The notes beneath the pieces were generated by a model. That model was given only the letters and a program-made list of their open reading frames with translations, made no database searches and was not told the origin of the DNA. This document shows positions 42,168 through 44,727 of a stretch of DNA of 44,727 bases, one piece after another. Origin of the DNA: an uncultured Candidatus Saccharibacteria bacterium. Its GTDB lineage: Bacteria > Patescibacteriota > Minisyncoccia > Phycocordibacterales > Phycocordibacteraceae. Every line of letters starts with the position of its first letter. Within the stretch, counting starts at the first letter, position 1. The stretch covers positions 1-44,727 of the forward strand of contig CAZPVV010000001.1 of the NCBI GenBank assembly GCA_964590505.1, in the 5' to 3' direction. A program made the position numbers and the translations under genes.

Positions 42168-42971
42168 TTACTTGTACTCAGCCGTCAAAATATCCCCCAA
42201 CTCACTCATCGGTATCTCCACCATCTGTACGCCAAGCGCGTATGGACCAACCTGGTACGGTGGGAAGATAAGTACGAAGGTGTCGTCCTTAAGAGCGAAG
42301 TTCTGGAAACTGTCTGCAATAGGCAGTGTGCCGCTCTCTATGTACTCAATGTTTGCTTCGCCACCACTTGCTTTTGCTATAGACACCGCAAGCTTTGCCC
42401 GCGCAATCTCGCTCAAGCGTTCAAGATAGGGGCCCTGGAACAAGTCATCAAGGTGTACCCCTGCTCCGGTCTTTGTGTTGAAGGTGAAGGTGCGGAAGTA
42501 TCCATTGGGGTGCGCGCCAAGGGTATCTTCGTAGATGGTGTAGACGTAGGTGATGGTGGTGGGACTGGTGCTGGTTTCAAAATCAATATCAAGGCTGTAT
42601 TTGCGACCTTGATCAAGGCCCATCATGCTGATGTCTTCGGCCGTAAAGGCGTCAAAACCACTTCGTTCCTTAAAAGCCTCTATTTGGGTCTCTGCAAAGG
42701 ACTTCATAAGATATACCGCCGCTTGGTCAGCTTCTACTCCCGCAGTAGCGAGGAGAGGAGTTTGGGCCGGATACGACGCTTGTGCGTCGTAGTACTGGCC
42801 GTTGTCAGTCAGGGTTTTCTTTTCGTAGGTCCCTGGAGTTCCGGGAGTCTCCCCAACAGGACTTACCACCTTTGGTTCATGTGTGGCCATGTACCAGAGC
42901 AGAAGGCCAATAACGATAATGCCAAGGAGCACGGCGCCAATGAGAGCTTTTTGTTTTTCAGCGGTATCCAT
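42168..42971 (-). CDS. membrane-anchored DUF3298/DUF4163-type (RsiV/PdaC C-terminal-like) protein
   Basis: N-terminal TM. YSLDIDFE...TYVYTIYEDTLGAHPNGYFRTFTFN and FPPYQVGPYALG are typical of that fold family. Confidence 0.65.
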   Translation of the reverse strand: MDTAEKQKALIGAVLLGIIVIGLLLWYMATHEPKVVSPVGETPGTPGTYEKKTLTDNGQYYDAQASYPAQTPLLATAGVEADQAAVYLMKSFAETQIEAFKERSGFDAFTAEDISMMGLDQGRKYSLDIDFETSTSPTTITYVYTIYEDTLGAHPNGYFRTFTFNTKTGAGVHLDDLFQGPYLERLSEIARAKLAVSIAKASGGEANIEYIESGTLPIADSFQNFALKDDTFVLIFPPYQVGPYALGVQMVEIPMSELGDILTAEYK

Positions 42972-42976
42972 AGGGC

Positions 42977-43333
42977 TTAAGTATACTCCTTATACGCTTC
43001 TGCTTCTCCGACGAGTTTCTTTGCTTCGTCCTCGGTGAGATCAAGGGCAATGCGAAGCATATGTATACATTCCTCAAACGTTAAGTTTCGGGGCGCCTCT
43101 TCAGGAATACCAAACTTAAGGAAGCGGATGTGATCAAGTGCGCCCTGGATAATCCCGGACTTATAGAGATCTACTCTATCTAGGCCCTCAATAAGGCCAT
43201 CAAGTTCGTCCTGAGTCATTTCAGACTCGGGCTTTTCTACAAAAGCTCGCAACTGGGGCATCACCGTTTCAAGCGACCAGAGGTAATCTTCTTTTGAATG
43301 GTTGAAGCCTGAAGGGCCATTTTCTATGCTCAT
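42977..43333 (-). CDS. hypothetical protein (118 aa)
   Basis: I trimmed the track TTG start to the ATG that lies 7 nt downstream of a TATACT box. The stop is 5 nt before the next gene. Confidence 0.5.
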   Translation of the reverse strand: MSIENGPSGFNHSKEDYLWSLETVMPQLRAFVEKPESEMTQDELDGLIEGLDRVDLYKSGIIQGALDHIRFLKFGIPEEAPRNLTFEECIHMLRIALDLTEDEAKKLVGEAEAYKEYT

Positions 43334-43367
43334 AGACCCCAGTATACCCCCTCTAAAGTCCAAAAGT

Positions 43368-43396
43368 TTGACACTTTACGCCATTTCCTATAGATT
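43368..43396 (+). promoter_or_regulatory. rpsS promoter TTGACA-17 nt-TAGATT
   Basis: Read directly. Confidence 0.45.
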
Positions 43397-43429
43397 TCAT
43401 CTATCCCGCTTCGCGGGCTTTTCATTCGC

Positions 43430-43774
43430 ATGTCCCGATCACTCAAGAAAGGTCCCTACGTGGACGCCAAGCTATTGAAGAAAATAGCAGACAAGAAGCC
43501 GAGCTCTGCCGGCGTCGTAAAGACGTGGGCGCGCAACAGCCAGATTGCCCCTGAATTTGTCGGGTTTACTTTTGGCGTTCATAACGGCAAGAGCCACGTC
43601 GATGTCCTTGTTACTGAGGATATGGTCGGACACCGCCTTGGAGAGTTCTCGCCAACCAAGAAGTTCATCCGTCACGGAGGAAAGATGCAGAAGGAGCTTG
43701 AGCAGAAGCGTAAAGAAGCTGAAATTACTGCCGCTAAAGCTGCTAAGGCCGCACCTGCTGCAAAGAAGAAATAA
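43430..43774 (+). CDS. rpsS: 30S ribosomal protein S19 with a Lys/Ala-rich C-terminal extension
   Basis: [12 protein letters not shown]..., [18 protein letters not shown]. Confidence 0.96.
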   Translation: MSRSLKKGPYVDAKLLKKIADKKPSSAGVVKTWARNSQIAPEFVGFTFGVHNGKSHVDVLVTEDMVGHRLGEFSPTKKFIRHGGKMQKELEQKRKEAEITAAKAAKAAPAAKKK

Positions 43775-43777
43775 TAT

Positions 43778-44101
43778 ATGAAAGCAGAACTCGCTAGCCA
43801 CAATCAGCCACCTCGTAAGGTCCGTCTTGTAACGGAGATGGTGAAAGGCAAATCAGTTGCGCAGGCTGAGGCTGCGCTTGCGTTTCTTCCAAAGCGCGCC
43901 GCACTTCCTATTTTGAAGTTGATTCAGTCAGCAGTCGCAAACGCCAAAGCAAAAGGTGAGGATCCTGCAAACCTCAAGATCGCAAACATTGAGGTAAACA
44001 GTGCCGGTATGACCGTGCGCTACATGCCTCGCGCTATGGGTCGTGCAGCTCCCATTCGCCGCCGTAAGTCTAATGTGAAAGTGACGCTCGCTTCTTCGTA
44101 A
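43778..44101 (+). CDS. rplV: 50S ribosomal protein L22
   Basis: PRKVRLV..., MPRAMGRAAPIRRRKSNVKVTL. Confidence 0.93.
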   Translation: MKAELASHNQPPRKVRLVTEMVKGKSVAQAEAALAFLPKRAALPILKLIQSAVANAKAKGEDPANLKIANIEVNSAGMTVRYMPRAMGRAAPIRRRKSNVKVTLASS

Positions 44102-44105
44102 TTTT

Positions 44106-44727
44106 ATGACACACACCGTACATCCATACGCACACCGGCTCGGCATTATTCGCGATTGGCGAAGTCGCTGGTTCGCTGCTGATAAAAAGACCTTCCGCGA
44201 GAACATCCTTGTTGATGAGACGATTCGCGCATACCTCAAGAAGCGCTTGAAGGGCATGCACGTATCTGAGGTAGATATTGAGCGCACCCAGAACGAGGTT
44301 CGCGTTATCGTGCACACCGCGCGTCCCGGTCTTGTTATCGGTCGCTCAGGAGAGAACGCGACTAAGCTTCGCACCGAGCTCGGCAAAGCAGTACGCAAAG
44401 TAGCGCCTCTACATAACCGCAAAGTGATGTTGGACATCATGGAGATTCGTCAGCCTGAGACCAGTGCAGCGGTTGTTGCACAGATGGTTGCTGAGGGTCT
44501 TGAGAAGCGCATGCCGTTTCGTCGTGTGTTGAAGTCAACCATTGAGAAGGTGATGGCGACACGTGACGTAATTGGTGTTCGTATCGTACTCTCCGGTCGT
44601 CTTGGAGGCGCTGATATGAGCCGAACGGAGCAGTTGAAGAAGGGACGTATTCCTCTTCAGACCTTCCGCGCAAACATTGACTACACTCAGTACGAGGCAA
44701 AGCTTCCGTACGGTGTGATCGGTATCA
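44106..44727 (+). CDS. rpsC: 30S ribosomal protein S3, 3'-truncated by the window edge (absent from the ORF track because it has no stop)
   Basis: My own translation gives MTHTVHPYAHRLGIIRDWRSRWFA..., then a KH-like VIVHTARPGLVIGRSGENATKL. Confidence 0.9.
   Translation, partial: MTHTVHPYAHRLGIIRDWRSRWFAADKKTFRENILVDETIRAYLKKRLKGMHVSEVDIERTQNEVRVIVHTARPGLVIGRSGENATKLRTELGKAVRKVAPLHNRKVMLDIMEIRQPETSAAVVAQMVAEGLEKRMPFRRVLKSTIEKVMATRDVIGVRIVLSGRLGGADMSRTEQLKKGRIPLQTFRANIDYTQYEAKLPYGVIGI

Noticed and set aside
43928-44440. A 170-aa minus-strand ORF.
   Set aside because: It is antisense to rplV and rpsC. The real gene on the + strand, rpsC, is missing from the track only because it has no stop codon inside the window.
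1-44727. A search by eye for CRISPR arrays, tandem direct repeats, rRNA, tRNA, transposase/integrase genes, and UGA recoding.
   Set aside because: I found none. TGA clearly terminates conserved genes (recJ, rnhA). The only repeated elements are terminator-type hairpins.

Overview
The window looks like a core chromosomal stretch of a small-genome bacterium. It uses standard code 11, since TGA, TAA and TAG all act as stops, and hand counts put core genes at about 50-53% GC. The gene set has a CPR/Patescibacteria-like flavour (type IV pilus plus ComEC, Lys/Ala-rich tails on ribosomal proteins), but I cannot verify the taxon without a search.

Recognisable genes:
- a TrmB-like regulator, HU, RNase Y, ClpP, inorganic pyrophosphatase and NusA
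- a type IV pilus block: pilB, pilC and three pilin-like genes
- tpiA-pgk, a HIT protein, RecJ and RNase HI
- a ComEC that is split into a channel gene and a separate MBL-domain gene
- Fe/Mn SOD, L28, an M50 protease and a Nudix hydrolase
- a 958-aa secreted alpha/beta-hydrolase
- the str and S10 ribosomal clusters: rpsL, rpsG, fusA, tuf, rpsJ, rplC, rplD, rplW, rplB, rpsS, rplV and a partial rpsC

I recognise no rRNA, tRNA, CRISPR array, transposase or integrase.

Three observations stand out:
1. A self-contained island of about 2.1 kb and about 62-65% GC lies at 1810-3966. It has its own promoter, a roughly 440-nt structured leader, and a 330-codon ORF that is at the same time a nearly wall-to-wall array of about 28 different perfect or near-perfect stem-loops. 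G-U wobbles and UUCG/GNRA loops point to folding of the + strand RNA. Two translationally coupled small ORFs follow.
2. Core genes almost never have a Shine-Dalgarno (SD) sequence, and many look leaderless. A set of small, GC-elevated orphan ORFs scattered through the window all carry strong SD sequences.
3. Those orphan cassettes and two opposite-strand genes interrupt the normally contiguous str and S10 operons at three places.
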